From Pirellulales bacterium (GTDB lineage Bacteria > Planctomycetota > Planctomycetia > Pirellulales > UBA1268), in assembly GCA_016779265.1 (NCBI GenBank), contig JADHNY010000008.1, forward strand, positions 4,231 through 68,230: a stretch of DNA of 64,000 nucleotides. Direction: 5' to 3'. Positions 1 through 10,243 of this stretch are shown here, in pieces. A program made the translations under genes and the position numbers. Numbering within the stretch: the first letter of the stretch is position 1; every line of letters begins with the position of its first letter. Below the pieces are notes generated by a model, which was given only the letters and a program-made list of their open reading frames with translations, was not told the origin of the DNA and made no database searches.

Positions 1-671
1 AAGGCGGTCTGTGCATCGAGGCCACGCTCCAGCACGGCCTTGGAGATCTGGTCGGGATGCTCCATCACTGCAAAGTGTGTCTCAGACGATCCGATGGAGG
101 TGATGATGCCTTCACCGACCCGCGCGATGATCGTCTCTTCCGTCGCCCCACCGATCAGCTGTTGGATGTTGGTGCGGACGGTGACGCGGGCCCGGATGCG
201 GAGTTCCACACCATTCTTTGCAACGGCTGAGAGAAAGGTCTTGCCACTGGTGGGTTCGGGGCAGTCAATCACCTTTGGATTGACGCTCGTCTGGACCGCA
301 TCGAGCACATCTCGACCGGCGAGGTCGATCGCGCAGGCACGATCAAAGTCGAGATCGATGTCTGCACGGTGAGCGGCGATCAGTGCCTGGATGACACGCG
401 GCACATCGCCACCGGCGAGATAGTGGGCCTCGAGCTTTCGGGTGGGGTAGCCACCGCCGATCGAGGCCTGGGTTGCCATGATCTTGGCCTGCACGATTGT
501 GCGGGCGTTGACCTTGCGAAGACTCATGCCGAGGAGTTCCAAGAAGGTCACAGCTGCCTTCGACCAGTAGGCCTGAAACCAGATCTGCCCGTAGTTGAAG
601 ACGAGCAGCAGCATGGCCAGAGCAAGCAGCCCCAGCACAACGGTCAGGCCAAAGATCACTTCTGGAGGCAT
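1..671 (-). CDS. floA: Flotillin-like protein FloA (UPF0365/YqfA family). Partial: the C-terminus runs off the window start.
   Basis: Not in the ORF track because no stop lies in the window. My reverse-strand translation from the ATG at 669-671 gives [54 protein letters not shown]...[58 protein letters not shown]...[40 protein letters not shown]. This is colinear with FloA. Confidence 0.85.
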   Translation of the reverse strand, partial: MPPEVIFGLTVVLGLLALAMLLLVFNYGQIWFQAYWSKAAVTFLELLGMSLRKVNARTIVQAKIMATQASIGGGYPTRKLEAHYLAGGDVPRVIQALIAAHRADIDLDFDRACAIDLAGRDVLDAVQTSVNPKVIDCPEPTSGKTFLSAVAKNGVELRIRARVTVRTNIQQLIGGATEETIIARVGEGIITSIGSSETHFAVMEHPDQISKAVLERGLDAQTA

Positions 672-761
672 CAGGATTCTCCCTGGAGAGGCAGACAGGC
701 GGACCCTTGCAGCCTAGTTCGAGCCCGGGAGCGATGCCAGCCTCACGCTGTGCCGCCATTC

Positions 762-1955
762 TCACGCTGTGCCGCCAGCCTCATCCAGCGGCGGCAGGCT
801 CACGCCGTGGTGACCTGAGGAAGCCTGCGTGCTGGAGTCGATCCAGCCACCACCGAGGACCTGGTCGTTGCGGTAGACCACTGCTGCTTGGCCCGGTGAC
901 ACGGCCCCGGGCCAGGCGTTGGCATCGGCCGGCAGGCCCTCGGTGCGTCCCGTGAAGCGGACTTCAAAGCGACGGCCAGGCAGGGGAGTGAGAACCGCAG
1001 CGGCCGGAGGCTGACTGCTCCGGCACTGCACGAAGCAGTCGAGGGCTGCGGTCGGCTCGTCGACCAGCCAGCTTGTTTCAGCGGCTATGAGCTGCTCCTG
1101 CGGAATGGTGTCGCGAGGCCCGACGACGACACGGCAGGCTTCTGCCTCGATCCGCACCACGTAGAGCCGCTCACCTGTGGCGATGCCTGTGCCATGCCGC
1201 TGGCCCACCGTGAAGTGCTCGATGCCCGGGTGGTGGCCGAGCACGACACCGGTGGGCGAGACCACCTCGCCAGCCCGCGATCCTCCCAGCAGGTTTGCCA
1301 CGAGTTGTGGATGCTGCCCGGGAGCCACGAAGCAGATCTCTTGGCTGTCCGGCTTCTCAGCAGTGCTGAGGCCAAGGTCCCCTGCCCGCTGACGGACCTC
1401 CTCCTTCGTGCAACAGCCCACCGGCAGCAGCATCCGGTCGAGCTTCTCGCGTGGCACTTCGAACAGCACATACGACTGATCCTTGCCGCGATCAAACCCA
1501 CGACAGAGCTGATGCGTGCCGTCAGCCGCTCGCCGCAGCTGGGCGTGATGGCCGGTGGCGACATGGCTCGCCCCGACAGCATCGGCATAGTCAAAGAGCC
1601 GACCAAACTTCAGCCAGGTGTTGCAGCGAACACACGGATTGGGCGTGCGGCCGCGGCCATACTCATTCGCGAAGTAGTCGATAATGCGATGAAAATCGTC
1701 GGAGAGATCAAGCGGATAGAGTGGGATCCCGAGTCGGTCGGCAACCCGCTGGGCGTCGAGGGCATCCTCAACGCTGCAGCAGCCTTGGTGGCCTGGCTTT
1801 GCAGTCTCGACGATCGGCAGGCTGCTACGTGCAGCCGCGGGTGAGCCATGTCGCATAAAGACCCCGACCACGTCATGGCCCGCCTCAACGAGCATCGCTG
1901 CGGCGACGCTGGAGTCGACACCGCCACTCATGGCGACCACCACCCGTGACGGCAT
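762..1955 (-). CDS. mnmA: tRNA-specific 2-thiouridylase (tRNA 2-thiouridine(34) synthase)
   Basis: 397 aa. PP-loop motif VVVAMSGGVDSSVAA, then GHDVVGVFMR, NPCVRCN and ATGHHA, as in MnmA. Confidence 0.9.
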   Translation of the reverse strand: MPSRVVVAMSGGVDSSVAAAMLVEAGHDVVGVFMRHGSPAAARSSLPIVETAKPGHQGCCSVEDALDAQRVADRLGIPLYPLDLSDDFHRIIDYFANEYGRGRTPNPCVRCNTWLKFGRLFDYADAVGASHVATGHHAQLRRAADGTHQLCRGFDRGKDQSYVLFEVPREKLDRMLLPVGCCTKEEVRQRAGDLGLSTAEKPDSQEICFVAPGQHPQLVANLLGGSRAGEVVSPTGVVLGHHPGIEHFTVGQRHGTGIATGERLYVVRIEAEACRVVVGPRDTIPQEQLIAAETSWLVDEPTAALDCFVQCRSSQPPAAAVLTPLPGRRFEVRFTGRTEGLPADANAWPGAVSPGQAAVVYRNDQVLGGGWIDSSTQASSGHHGVSLPPLDEAGGTA

Positions 1956-1956
1956 C

Positions 1957-3387
1957 TCAGGCTCCCGTCACCTCGTGGATCGACTCTCCCAGAATCTCCA
2001 CCATCCGCTCCAGCTGCGGTGTCTCCACCGGGTAGCAGGGGGCGAGGTTGTAGACATCCCCCCGCAGCCGGCTAAACATGCCACGGGCTTGGGTCGCTGC
2101 ATGGACCCGCGGGCCGATCTTCTCGGTCGCAGGGAACTCTTCTCTGGTCTCTTTGTTTGCCACCAGTTCGACCGCTGCCATCAGGCCTAGCCCCCGCACC
2201 TCACCGACATGCGAGAGCGTGGAGAGCGTCGCGAGCTGTTTGAGGAGCATGCTGCCACGCTCGGCCGCCTGCTCACGAAGGCCTTCGCGTTCGATGATCG
2301 CCAGGTTGGCATTGGCCACCGCGCAGGCCACCGGATGCCCTGAGTAGGTGGCTGCATGCATCCAGGTGGTGCGGCCCTCGGCACTGCGGATTGCCTCAGC
2401 GATCTCCTGGCGAAAGCCAACGCCGGCCAGTGGCACGTAGCCACTGGTGATGCCTTTGGCAAAGCAGACGAGGTCTGGCTCAACGCCCCATCGCTCCAAC
2501 GCAAACCAGGGACCTGTACGGCCGAATCCTGTGATGATTTCATCGGCGATCAGGAGCACATCATGCCGGGAGCAGATAGCCCTCAGCCTCGGCCAGTAGT
2601 CGTCTGGTGGCACGATCACCCCGCCGGCGCCCTGCACCGGCTCGGCGAGGACGCAGGCAATGCGGTCGGCACCGATGTGTTCGATCGTTTCTTCGATCAG
2701 GTCGGCAGCGATCTCGCCATTGCTGCGGGGATCGTCATGTCCACGGGCATGCTGCTGACGGTCAAAGCGATAGGGATAGGGACTTTCGGCAATCTCCACG
2801 CCGGCGAGCCGCGGCTCGAACATGGGCCAGTAGGCCGGTAGGCCTGTGGCACTCATCGCCACCATGCCGGTGCCATGGTAGCCGTATCGACGGCCGATCA
2901 CCCCAGTCTTCTCAGGCCGGTCGTGCAGCTTCCACCACCAGCGGGCCGTCTTGACTGCTGCATCGACGGCCTCACCACCACCGGTTGCAAAGTAGAACCC
3001 ACCCATGCCGGGCCAGCCTGGTGAGCGGCCCTCGCCGGCTGGGTAGCAGATCTGCTGCAGCCGCTCGCCAAGCTCAATCGCCGGCAGGCTCGTGCTGCCT
3101 GTGTAGCCGGAGGCGTAGGCCAGGGAGGACATCTGCCGCTGGGCGGCCTGGGCGAGTTCCTCGCGACCATGGCCGATGATCACATTCCAGAGGCCAGCGA
3201 GGGCATCGAGAAACTCACGGCCATCGTGGTCAACAAGCACGGCTCCTCGTCCACCGGCCCAGACATGGGCCTGCTCCTGCAGGCTCCGGGAGTGGAGAGA
3301 GTGAACCAGCACATGCTGATCGCGGTGTCGCAGCGATTCGGTTGTGGGCTTCGCCGAGGACGGCGGCCCGCCTGCAGGTGCGTTCAA
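1957..3387 (-). CDS. Class III (omega-type) pyridoxal-phosphate aminotransferase
   Basis: 476 aa. Motifs GHGREEL, YHGTG, DEIITGFGRTG and ATYSGHP are typical of aspartate aminotransferase family class III enzymes. Abuts mnmA and overlaps apt by 4 nt. Confidence 0.8.
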   Translation of the reverse strand: MNAPAGGPPSSAKPTTESLRHRDQHVLVHSLHSRSLQEQAHVWAGGRGAVLVDHDGREFLDALAGLWNVIIGHGREELAQAAQRQMSSLAYASGYTGSTSLPAIELGERLQQICYPAGEGRSPGWPGMGGFYFATGGGEAVDAAVKTARWWWKLHDRPEKTGVIGRRYGYHGTGMVAMSATGLPAYWPMFEPRLAGVEIAESPYPYRFDRQQHARGHDDPRSNGEIAADLIEETIEHIGADRIACVLAEPVQGAGGVIVPPDDYWPRLRAICSRHDVLLIADEIITGFGRTGPWFALERWGVEPDLVCFAKGITSGYVPLAGVGFRQEIAEAIRSAEGRTTWMHAATYSGHPVACAVANANLAIIEREGLREQAAERGSMLLKQLATLSTLSHVGEVRGLGLMAAVELVANKETREEFPATEKIGPRVHAATQARGMFSRLRGDVYNLAPCYPVETPQLERMVEILGESIHEVTGA

Positions 3388-3911
3388 TAGACCAACACAC
3401 TCTCAACGCGATGCGGGGTGAGTCGCTCGCGACCCCCCAGCGGTTTGATCTCAACGAGAAACGACGTTCCGACCACGCTGGCCCCGGCCGACTCGAGCAG
3501 ACGTCCGCAGGCAGCTGCGGTCCCGCCGGTGGCCAGCACATCATCAACCACCAGAACCCTTGCTCCCTTGGCAACGCCATCGCGGTGCATCTCGAGGGTG
3601 TCGCTGCCGTACTCCAGATCGTACTGATACGTCAGCGTGTCGGCCGGGAGTTTGCCCGGCTTGCGGACGGGCACCACACCCACCCCGAGCGTGAGGGCCA
3701 TCGGGACCGCAAACAGAAAGCCCCGCGCTTCGACAGCGGCGATGGCGTCGACCCCGCCATCCCGCCAGGGATCGACCATCCGCTCAATCGCCGCTGCCAG
3801 GGCCTCGGTGTTGCCCAGCAGAGGCGTGATGTCGCGGAACAGAATGCCCGGCTTGGGAAAGTCGGGCACCGCACGGATGAAGGCTTCCAGATCGACAGAC
3901 GGGGTACTCAT
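3384..3911 (-). CDS. apt: Adenine phosphoribosyltransferase
   Basis: 175 aa. Has IRAVPDFPKPGILFRDITPLL and the PRPP loop VLVVDDVLATGGTA. Confidence 0.9.
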   Translation of the reverse strand: MSTPSVDLEAFIRAVPDFPKPGILFRDITPLLGNTEALAAAIERMVDPWRDGGVDAIAAVEARGFLFAVPMALTLGVGVVPVRKPGKLPADTLTYQYDLEYGSDTLEMHRDGVAKGARVLVVDDVLATGGTAAACGRLLESAGASVVGTSFLVEIKPLGGRERLTPHRVESVLVY

Positions 3912-3949
3912 GCAGGAGGTGCTTTCAGGGAACCGGGTGGAATGAAGAC

Positions 3950-4825
3950 TCAGGCGCCTTTTCGCAATTGCACCGTTGCCCGCGGCGCGGCGTCAAGTTC
4001 CATCGCGAGAGCTGTCAGCGTCTCGGCCTCGATCTGCCGGACCCGTTCGCGGGTCAGGCCGAGCACGGCTCCGATCTGCTTGAGCGTCATCGGCTCGTCA
4101 CCACCGAGCCCGAACCGCAGCCGAATGATCGTGGCCGAACGCTCGTCCAGCTGGTCGATCCGAGCCAGCACATGCCGCAGGGTGTCTTCGTCGAGGAGCA
4201 CCTCTGATGGGCAGCGGGCGTTCTCATCACGGACAATCTCAGAGAGTGACCAGCCATTCTCGCTCTGGTCGCTCTGTGGTGATGCCTGGTGGACCTGGAT
4301 GGCCTTCTTGATGATCGGCAGCTTCTTGCGGGCCAGCCCGAGCATGCGAGCGGTCTCTTCATGGGTCGGCGTACGGCCGAGCACCTCGGTGAGCCGTGTC
4401 ACGGCCCGCCGCCACTTCGAGAGCAGCTCCACCATGTAGGCCGGGATCCGGATCGTCTTCCCATTGTTGATCAGCGCCCGCTTGATGGACTGCTTGATCC
4501 AGTAGCTGGCGTAGGTGCTAAAGCGGGTGCCGACGGTGGGGTCGAAGCCTTCGACGGCGCGGAGCAGGCCAAGGTTGCCCTCTTCAATGAGGTCAGGCAG
4601 AGGCAGCCCGCGGTTGGCGTAGCCACGAGCGATGTTGACCACGAGCCGCAGGTTGGCCCGCACCATATGGTCACGTGCTCCTGCGTCACCCGCCTGCACC
4701 AGTGTGGCGAGGTCTTTCTCCTGCTGAGCGGTGAGCAAGGAGGTGGCGTTGATATCGCGGAGATACGTCTCCAACGGATTCTGGGCAGCCGTCGTGGCCG
4801 GCTTTTTGCGGGGGGCTGAGGGCAT
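3950..4825 (-). CDS. RNA polymerase sigma factor, sigma-70 family (non-ECF, regions 1.2-4)
   Basis: 291 aa. Has LETYLRDI, NLRLVVNIARGY, DLIEEGNLGLLRAVEGFDP..GTRFSTYASYWIKQSI, and a region 4 HTL motif TLKQIGAVLGLTRERVRQIE. Confidence 0.85.
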   Translation of the reverse strand: MPSAPRKKPATTAAQNPLETYLRDINATSLLTAQQEKDLATLVQAGDAGARDHMVRANLRLVVNIARGYANRGLPLPDLIEEGNLGLLRAVEGFDPTVGTRFSTYASYWIKQSIKRALINNGKTIRIPAYMVELLSKWRRAVTRLTEVLGRTPTHEETARMLGLARKKLPIIKKAIQVHQASPQSDQSENGWSLSEIVRDENARCPSEVLLDEDTLRHVLARIDQLDERSATIIRLRFGLGGDEPMTLKQIGAVLGLTRERVRQIEAETLTALAMELDAAPRATVQLRKGA

Positions 4826-4992
4826 GGGATCGTGCGGCTCCGGGGAATCGGCGGAGGCCTACAGAAATGAAAAACGCCTCCGAGATGTCTATCGGCGGCT
4901 GACGGGGCAGCATGGAGCCCATGCGGTTTTACGGCAGCATGCACGGACTGAATCGGAGAGGTGGATCATGCCGAATGCTGCGACGGAAGCGG

Positions 4993-5910
4993 CTATGCCA
5001 GTGGCCAGCGAATCGTCACCAGCTCAGGGGTCACACCGAGTCGAATCGGCAGTGTGGAGGTGCCGAGTCCGCGGGAGACATACATCGCCGGGCCATCCTC
5101 CCGATACCAGCCGCGGACATACCGGCCGCTGCCGGGTGGCGTGACCAGGGCCATGCCGAAAGGAGCGATCTGACCACCATGGGTGTGGCCGGCGAGGATC
5201 AGGTCGATGCCATCACGGATCTGCGGCTCGAGCCTGTCGCGTTGGCCTGGACAGTGGGCCAGCAGCAGGTGTGGGCTGCGGCCGGACAACCTCGTCGCGG
5301 CCTGCTGCTGTGGCCTGCCTTGGACCAGGTCATCGAGGCCGGTCACCACCAAGGAGCCATGAGGCGTGGTGACTTCGAGCGACTCGTTCACGAGGAGCCG
5401 ACCGCCATGCTGCTCGTAGAGTGTGGCAATCCGCTGACGGGCAACCCCACTGCGATACTCCCAGTTGCCGAGGATGCCTAGCGGCATGGACTGTGTCGGG
5501 CAGGCAGCGAGGAACTCGGCGAAGACATCAAGGCCCTGAGGGGTGTCGAAGGCATCGCCGGTGAAGAGCAGCAGGTCAGGAAGACTGGCGTGCACCGCGT
5601 CAAGCAGCTGCGTTTCCAGCGAACCGAGCTGCCGCATGTGCAGGTCGGAGAGCTGCATCAGCGTTGCCGCCGGCGGTGCGTCTTTGCCTTGGGGAGGCGG
5701 AGACAACGGTGGCATGTCAACGCTGGTGGTCGTCAACCAACGCGGCGTGATCATCAATGCATCGGCAGCAAGCACAGCTGGCAGGCCAACGCCAAGCCCG
5801 GCCGAGGCTTGGAGGAGGGTGCGGCGGGAGAAGCGAGCGGCGGATGTGGAATCGGCAGGCATAGAGCGTCCAGGAACGAAGAACTCTTCCCACCATAACG
5901 CGTCGCCCAT
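4993..5910 (-). CDS. Exported metallophosphoesterase (YkuE/calcineurin-like)
   Basis: 305 aa. Tat-like leader SRRTLLQASAGLGVGL. Phosphoesterase motifs QLSDLHM, TGDAFD, GNWEY and LILAGHTHGGQI. The true start may be the internal Met at 5862. Confidence 0.75.
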   Translation of the reverse strand: MGDALWWEEFFVPGRSMPADSTSAARFSRRTLLQASAGLGVGLPAVLAADALMITPRWLTTTSVDMPPLSPPPQGKDAPPAATLMQLSDLHMRQLGSLETQLLDAVHASLPDLLLFTGDAFDTPQGLDVFAEFLAACPTQSMPLGILGNWEYRSGVARQRIATLYEQHGGRLLVNESLEVTTPHGSLVVTGLDDLVQGRPQQQAATRLSGRSPHLLLAHCPGQRDRLEPQIRDGIDLILAGHTHGGQIAPFGMALVTPPGSGRYVRGWYREDGPAMYVSRGLGTSTLPIRLGVTPELVTIRWPLA

Positions 5911-5934
5911 GTTCTCCGCAGGCTCGGCCCTTGT

Positions 5935-7047
5935 TTACGGCAGGGGGGCGACCTCGCTGCCGTTCCGCGAGCCGAGGGCTCTCCAGATGACCGGATCGAT
6001 GTCATCGCTGACGCTGCGGGTCGAGCCGTCCATCAGGGCGATGGTGACCAGCCCAGGGTGATAGCTGCGGGACGTGACAGCCGCATAGGTCTTCTGCGTG
6101 CTGCTCTTGCCTTCCTGCAGCGTGTTGAGGTCGATGTCGTAGGTGACGCCGCCGGTGGAGAAGGCAACGACCGTGTTCGGAGGAAAAGTGGTGGTCACGC
6201 CAGTGTGATGGACGCGGCCATCGGGCCATTCTGTGTGGCCAGTGCAGCTGTTCGTGTCTGGCCCCAGTTTCTGTTGGCCACCGCTCGCAAGTGAGGCCAC
6301 GACGGCAGGATCGGCTGGTGGGCTGCCAGCTGGATAGGTTGCTGACGGGTCGGAGGTGTTGCGGACATACGGGGTGAAGGCTTTCACATGCGCGACACAG
6401 AGCGTTTTGCTCATTCCGTCACTGAAGCTGCCAGGGGTCAGCCGACTGTTGGGATGAAACGCCCCGTTGCCACCACGGCCAGTGGCGGGGTCGTACACAA
6501 ACCAGGTGCCGCAGTTGAAGCCGTAGGTGTGGGGATAGACATACGGTGCCGCGTTCTTGATGCGGACGGTGTCGTTGACCTCACTGGGACAGACAAAGAC
6601 AGGGATGCGTGTTGTTGGCACACCACTTGAGGCGTTGACTCCTGCGTCCCAGGCAACCTCGAGGTCGACCTGCACCGCTGCCGTGCCCTCTTCGATGAAG
6701 GAGAGTATCCGGCCATGCACGCCCCATGAGCCGTTGTTGTTGGAGAACGTGGTGCCTGGCGTGTGCAGCATCGTGGGCGGGAGCTGTCGATGACTGCTCT
6801 CGTAGAGGCTCACTGCCAACGCCAGCTGCCGCACATTGTTTTGGCAGCTGGCCCTTCGTGCGGCCTCGCGGGCCGACTGCACCGCCGGCAGGAGCAGCCC
6901 CACGAGCACACCGATGATGGCGATCACGACCAACAACTCCACCAGTGTGAAGCCGGAGCGGTTGGTGACGGGGCAACCCGGCTGATGACAGGGCCACTGG
7001 AAGGGTCTGTAGATCTGGCTGGTGACGAGTGGGGCAGGTCTTGTCAT
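5935..7047 (-). CDS. DUF1559 protein with a prepilin-type N-terminal cleavage/methylation leader and a C-terminal H-X9-DG motif
   Basis: 370 aa. Leader [34 protein letters not shown], and near the C-terminus [13 protein letters not shown] (H-X9-DG). This is the planctomycete-expanded pseudopilin-like family. Confidence 0.85.
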   Translation of the reverse strand: MTRPAPLVTSQIYRPFQWPCHQPGCPVTNRSGFTLVELLVVIAIIGVLVGLLLPAVQSAREAARRASCQNNVRQLALAVSLYESSHRQLPPTMLHTPGTTFSNNNGSWGVHGRILSFIEEGTAAVQVDLEVAWDAGVNASSGVPTTRIPVFVCPSEVNDTVRIKNAAPYVYPHTYGFNCGTWFVYDPATGRGGNGAFHPNSRLTPGSFSDGMSKTLCVAHVKAFTPYVRNTSDPSATYPAGSPPADPAVVASLASGGQQKLGPDTNSCTGHTEWPDGRVHHTGVTTTFPPNTVVAFSTGGVTYDIDLNTLQEGKSSTQKTYAAVTSRSYHPGLVTIALMDGSTRSVSDDIDPVIWRALGSRNGSEVAPLP

Positions 7048-7265
7048 CAGGGGCTGAAGCTCTGCGGGTGTGGGGTGGGCCGTCCGGTGGCCGCGTCAGT
7101 GATCACACTGCAGGTGTCGTGCCATCTCCGCTCAATCATGGCTGGAGAGCCGCGGAAAGCCAGTTTCGGTGAAGTTTTCCCAGGGGGGGTGGCCGGGAAG
7201 AAGGGGAAGTTTTCCTCGCGCGGGGAAACATGCCCCGCTGGCCCGGCACGCTCGTGAGGGCTGTC

Positions 7266-7311
7266 GTGATCGGTGCGGGTGTGCGTCTGGAACGCGACCG
7301 CACGCGATCAC
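7266..7311 (-). terminator. GC-rich hairpin overlapping the stop codon of the response-regulator gene. Possible intrinsic terminator or mRNA 3' stabiliser.
   Basis: GTGATCG-GTGCGG (7266-7278) pairs with CCGCAC-g-CGATCAC (7298-7311), giving a 13-bp stem with one bulge and a 19-nt loop. No U-tract follows on the minus strand, hence low confidence. Confidence 0.3.
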
Positions 7312-8699
7312 TCCAGGCCGAGCGTCTTCAGTCGGGTGCGGAGGGTGGCCCGGTCGAGGCCGAGGAGTCGGGCAGCAGCGGTGCGGTTGCCGTCGGTCGC
7401 CTCGAGGACGTCGCGAAAGAGCACCCGTTCGACCTGCTCGGTGAGCTGACGATGGAGCTGGCCGTCGCTGGTTTCGGTCAGGCTTGCGGACGTGGCGGCC
7501 ACCCAGCGGCCGACAGCCTCTTCGAGAGAGAGGGCGGTCTTTGTGCGTTCAGCGGCGGAGACTGCCGCCGCCGGCAGGTGGTCGCCGCGGAGGAGCCCAC
7601 CTCGGGAGACCACGAGTGCATACTCCACTGCACGTCGCAGTTGACGCACGTTGCCTGGCCAGCTGCGGGCCAGGCAGGCCTCGCGAAAGGATTCGTCTAT
7701 CGGCACCTGCCGACCTCCGCCTGCCGCGAGTGCAAAGTGCTCCACGAGGGCGGGGATGTCGTCACGTCGCTCCGCAAGTGTTGGCAGGTGAATCGGAAAG
7801 CCTGCTAGCCGGTGGTAGAGATCGTCGCGAAAACTGCCAGCAGTCACGGCTTTGGAGAGGTCACGATTGCTCGCGGCGATCACCCGCACGTTGAGCGGCA
7901 CAGGCTCAGTCGCTCCCACGGGCACGACCTCGCGGTTCTCCAGCACACGCAAGAGGCGAATCTGAACTTCCGGCGAGGCCTCGCCCACCTCATCGAGGAA
8001 AATGGTGCCACCATCGGCCGCTTCGAAGAGTCCTTTCCTGTCTGAAGTGGCTCCGGTGAAGCCACCCCTGACATGGCCGAAAAGCTCACTCTCCAAGACG
8101 CCGGTGGCGAGGCCACCGAGATTCGTGGTCACAAATGGCTCAGCGGCACGGGGCCCGTGCTGGTGGATCAGCCGCGCCGCCAGGTCCTTCCCTGTGCCGG
8201 TCTCACCGGTGAGCAGCACAGGGATCTCGGAGGCTGCCACCAGCGCGATTTCCTTGAAGACCTGCTGCATCGCTGGAGAGGAGCCAATCAGTGTGACCGA
8301 AGGGCTGGTCGACGGCGGCTCCTCTGCGGCGGTCTCTGACTGCTCCTGTATGGCACGGCCGACAACCGCAGAGACCTTCGCCAGATCAAATGGCTTGATC
8401 AGGTACTCAAAAGCGCCGGCGTCGACTGCCCGAACGGCCGTGTCGAGATCACCAAACGCGGTCATCACCACGATCGGCACCGGGCCAGCGCGTTCACGCA
8501 AGCGAGGGATGGCGGAGAGGCCGTCTTCGCCGGGCAGCCGAACATCCAGCAGGATGCAGTCTGGCCGAAACGTGCCGCAGGTCTCGCGGCCTGCCTCCGC
8601 TGAGGCAGCCAGCTGCACCTCATGACCGAGGTCAGTGAGGATCTCCCGAAGGCTCCAGCCGATCGCAGGCTCATCGTCGATGACGAGGACGCGGCTCAC
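7308..8699 (-). CDS. Sigma-54-dependent response regulator (NtrC family: receiver + AAA+ + Fis-type HTH)
   Basis: 463 aa. Receiver motifs VLVIDDE...ILLDVRLPGEDG, Walker A GETGTGKD, sigma-54 contact loop GGFTGA (GAFTGA variant), and a C-terminal HTH AAARLLGLDRATLRTRLK. Overlaps the kinase gene by 4 nt. Confidence 0.9.
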   Translation of the reverse strand: MSRVLVIDDEPAIGWSLREILTDLGHEVQLAASAEAGRETCGTFRPDCILLDVRLPGEDGLSAIPRLRERAGPVPIVVMTAFGDLDTAVRAVDAGAFEYLIKPFDLAKVSAVVGRAIQEQSETAAEEPPSTSPSVTLIGSSPAMQQVFKEIALVAASEIPVLLTGETGTGKDLAARLIHQHGPRAAEPFVTTNLGGLATGVLESELFGHVRGGFTGATSDRKGLFEAADGGTIFLDEVGEASPEVQIRLLRVLENREVVPVGATEPVPLNVRVIAASNRDLSKAVTAGSFRDDLYHRLAGFPIHLPTLAERRDDIPALVEHFALAAGGGRQVPIDESFREACLARSWPGNVRQLRRAVEYALVVSRGGLLRGDHLPAAAVSAAERTKTALSLEEAVGRWVAATSASLTETSDGQLHRQLTEQVERVLFRDVLEATDGNRTAAARLLGLDRATLRTRLKTLGLE

Positions 8700-10204
8700 T
8701 GGGCAGTCTCCTCCGTGGTGCTCTCCGGGCCGGCCACCGAGGCCTCGGGCAGTGTGAGGGTGAAGCGGGTGCGGCCACCGGTTCGCTCGAAGGACACGCC
8801 GCCACCATGTTCATCTGCGACCATTTTGACCAGTGCCAGCCCAATCCCAATGCCTTCCGGTTTCCCCGTCACAAAAGGATCAAACACACTCAGCGAGAGT
8901 TCTGCAGGGGGGCCGAGGCCAGAATCTTCCACCGTCACTGCCAGCATCGTCTGCCCTGTGGCCGCACGGAGCCGTTCTGCAGAGATCTGCACGCTTCCGT
9001 GGGATGGGGCTGGCTGCTGAGAAGTGTTGCTGGTCACGGCAGACGCGGCATCGATGGCATTAAGAGCGAGGTTGACCACGGCGGCGCGGAGGCTCTCTCG
9101 GCGTCCCAAGACCACACCATCGGCCACAGTGGAGACCGTCAGCTGCACACCAGCGTGGGCTGCGCGGGGATCGACCAGTTCCTGAACTTCCTCGAGCAGC
9201 ATATCGAGTGGGACCAGGCTGTGGGCCGCCTCGCTGCTGCTGCCCAACGCTAAGAGGCCGTGGACTTCTTCCTCCATGATGTCGAGCTGGCGACGGGCGA
9301 CCGTCAGGCTCTCATCCGGTGTATCCACACTGGCGGCGGTGCAGCGTGAGCGATGCAGGTCGAGCGCGAGCCGTGCACCGGTGAGCCCGTTGCGAAACTC
9401 ATGGGCAAAGCCGGCGGCGAGCTGGCCGAGCAGCCGCTGTCGTTCGCTCGCGGCAAGGGAGTCACGGAGGCGTGCCAGGGCAAGGCTCATCGCATTGAAA
9501 CTCACCACGAGTCGGCTGATCTCGTCGGAGCTCCCGGAGGGCGACTTGGTGTCGTCGAGAGTGCGCCCGAAGTCGCCAGCGGCAATCTGGCTGACATGCT
9601 GCTCGATCCTACTGATGCGTCGAGCGAGCCGATCGGTGGCATGCACACCCAGCGGCACGAGGACCGTGAGCGTCACCGCGGCCACCGCCAGTACCGGCCA
9701 GATCGCATCGAGCAACGCCCGCGAATAGCCGACGGTGGGCGTGAGCACGAGGACTGTTTCTGGGCGGACGCCCGTGGATCGCACCGCAGCGACGGAGTAG
9801 CGATTCCCCGCTACTGGAACGATGCCCAGCGAGGTATCAAAGGCAAACACGGGGCCGAGGAGGCCACCGAGTGCTCTGGTCAACTCAGGCTCCACGGCGA
9901 AGGGCAGGGTCGACTGCACAACGCTCTGCTGACCCCAGACGACGAAGTGATTGCCTGTCAGACTGGCTAAGGCGTTGAGCACTGCCGGGGAGAATGCCAC
10001 CCGTGAGGAGGCGAGCGTTTCAGCAACCTGCCGCTGACGCAGGGCGATCGCTTCACTGTGGCGTCGGGCTGCAAGCCAGGCGGCAAATCCCACATTGGCC
10101 AGCACACCGGCCACGAGGAGTCCCACAACAGGCAGCAGGAGCTGTCGCGCCAACGGTCGGGCTGTCTGTGGTGGCATGATCCCTCCCTGCGGTCGCTGCC
10201 ACAC
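8696..10204 (-). CDS. Sensor histidine kinase (2 TM periplasmic sensor, HAMP, HisKA, HATPase_c)
   Basis: 502 aa. Two hydrophobic segments flank a ~150-aa loop. H-box GFAHEFRNGL, N and G boxes NLALNAIDA and EDSGLG, GIGIGL. Confidence 0.85.
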   Translation of the reverse strand: MWQRPQGGIMPPQTARPLARQLLLPVVGLLVAGVLANVGFAAWLAARRHSEAIALRQRQVAETLASSRVAFSPAVLNALASLTGNHFVVWGQQSVVQSTLPFAVEPELTRALGGLLGPVFAFDTSLGIVPVAGNRYSVAAVRSTGVRPETVLVLTPTVGYSRALLDAIWPVLAVAAVTLTVLVPLGVHATDRLARRISRIEQHVSQIAAGDFGRTLDDTKSPSGSSDEISRLVVSFNAMSLALARLRDSLAASERQRLLGQLAAGFAHEFRNGLTGARLALDLHRSRCTAASVDTPDESLTVARRQLDIMEEEVHGLLALGSSSEAAHSLVPLDMLLEEVQELVDPRAAHAGVQLTVSTVADGVVLGRRESLRAAVVNLALNAIDAASAVTSNTSQQPAPSHGSVQISAERLRAATGQTMLAVTVEDSGLGPPAELSLSVFDPFVTGKPEGIGIGLALVKMVADEHGGGVSFERTGGRTRFTLTLPEASVAGPESTTEETAQ

Positions 10205-10243
10205 ACAGCATGCCGCAGTGACATCGTAGCGATGTTGCGGGTC

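Noticed and set aside
7171-7215. GAAGTTTTCC direct repeat (7171 and 7206) and GAAGTTTTGG at 17027, taken as a shared regulator site flanking the pump/TCS locus
   Set aside because: The same GAAGTTTT 8-mer also occurs inside the queD (20641) and DUF1559 (30651) coding regions. The cross-locus link is therefore not significant, and only the local 10-mer duplication is real.
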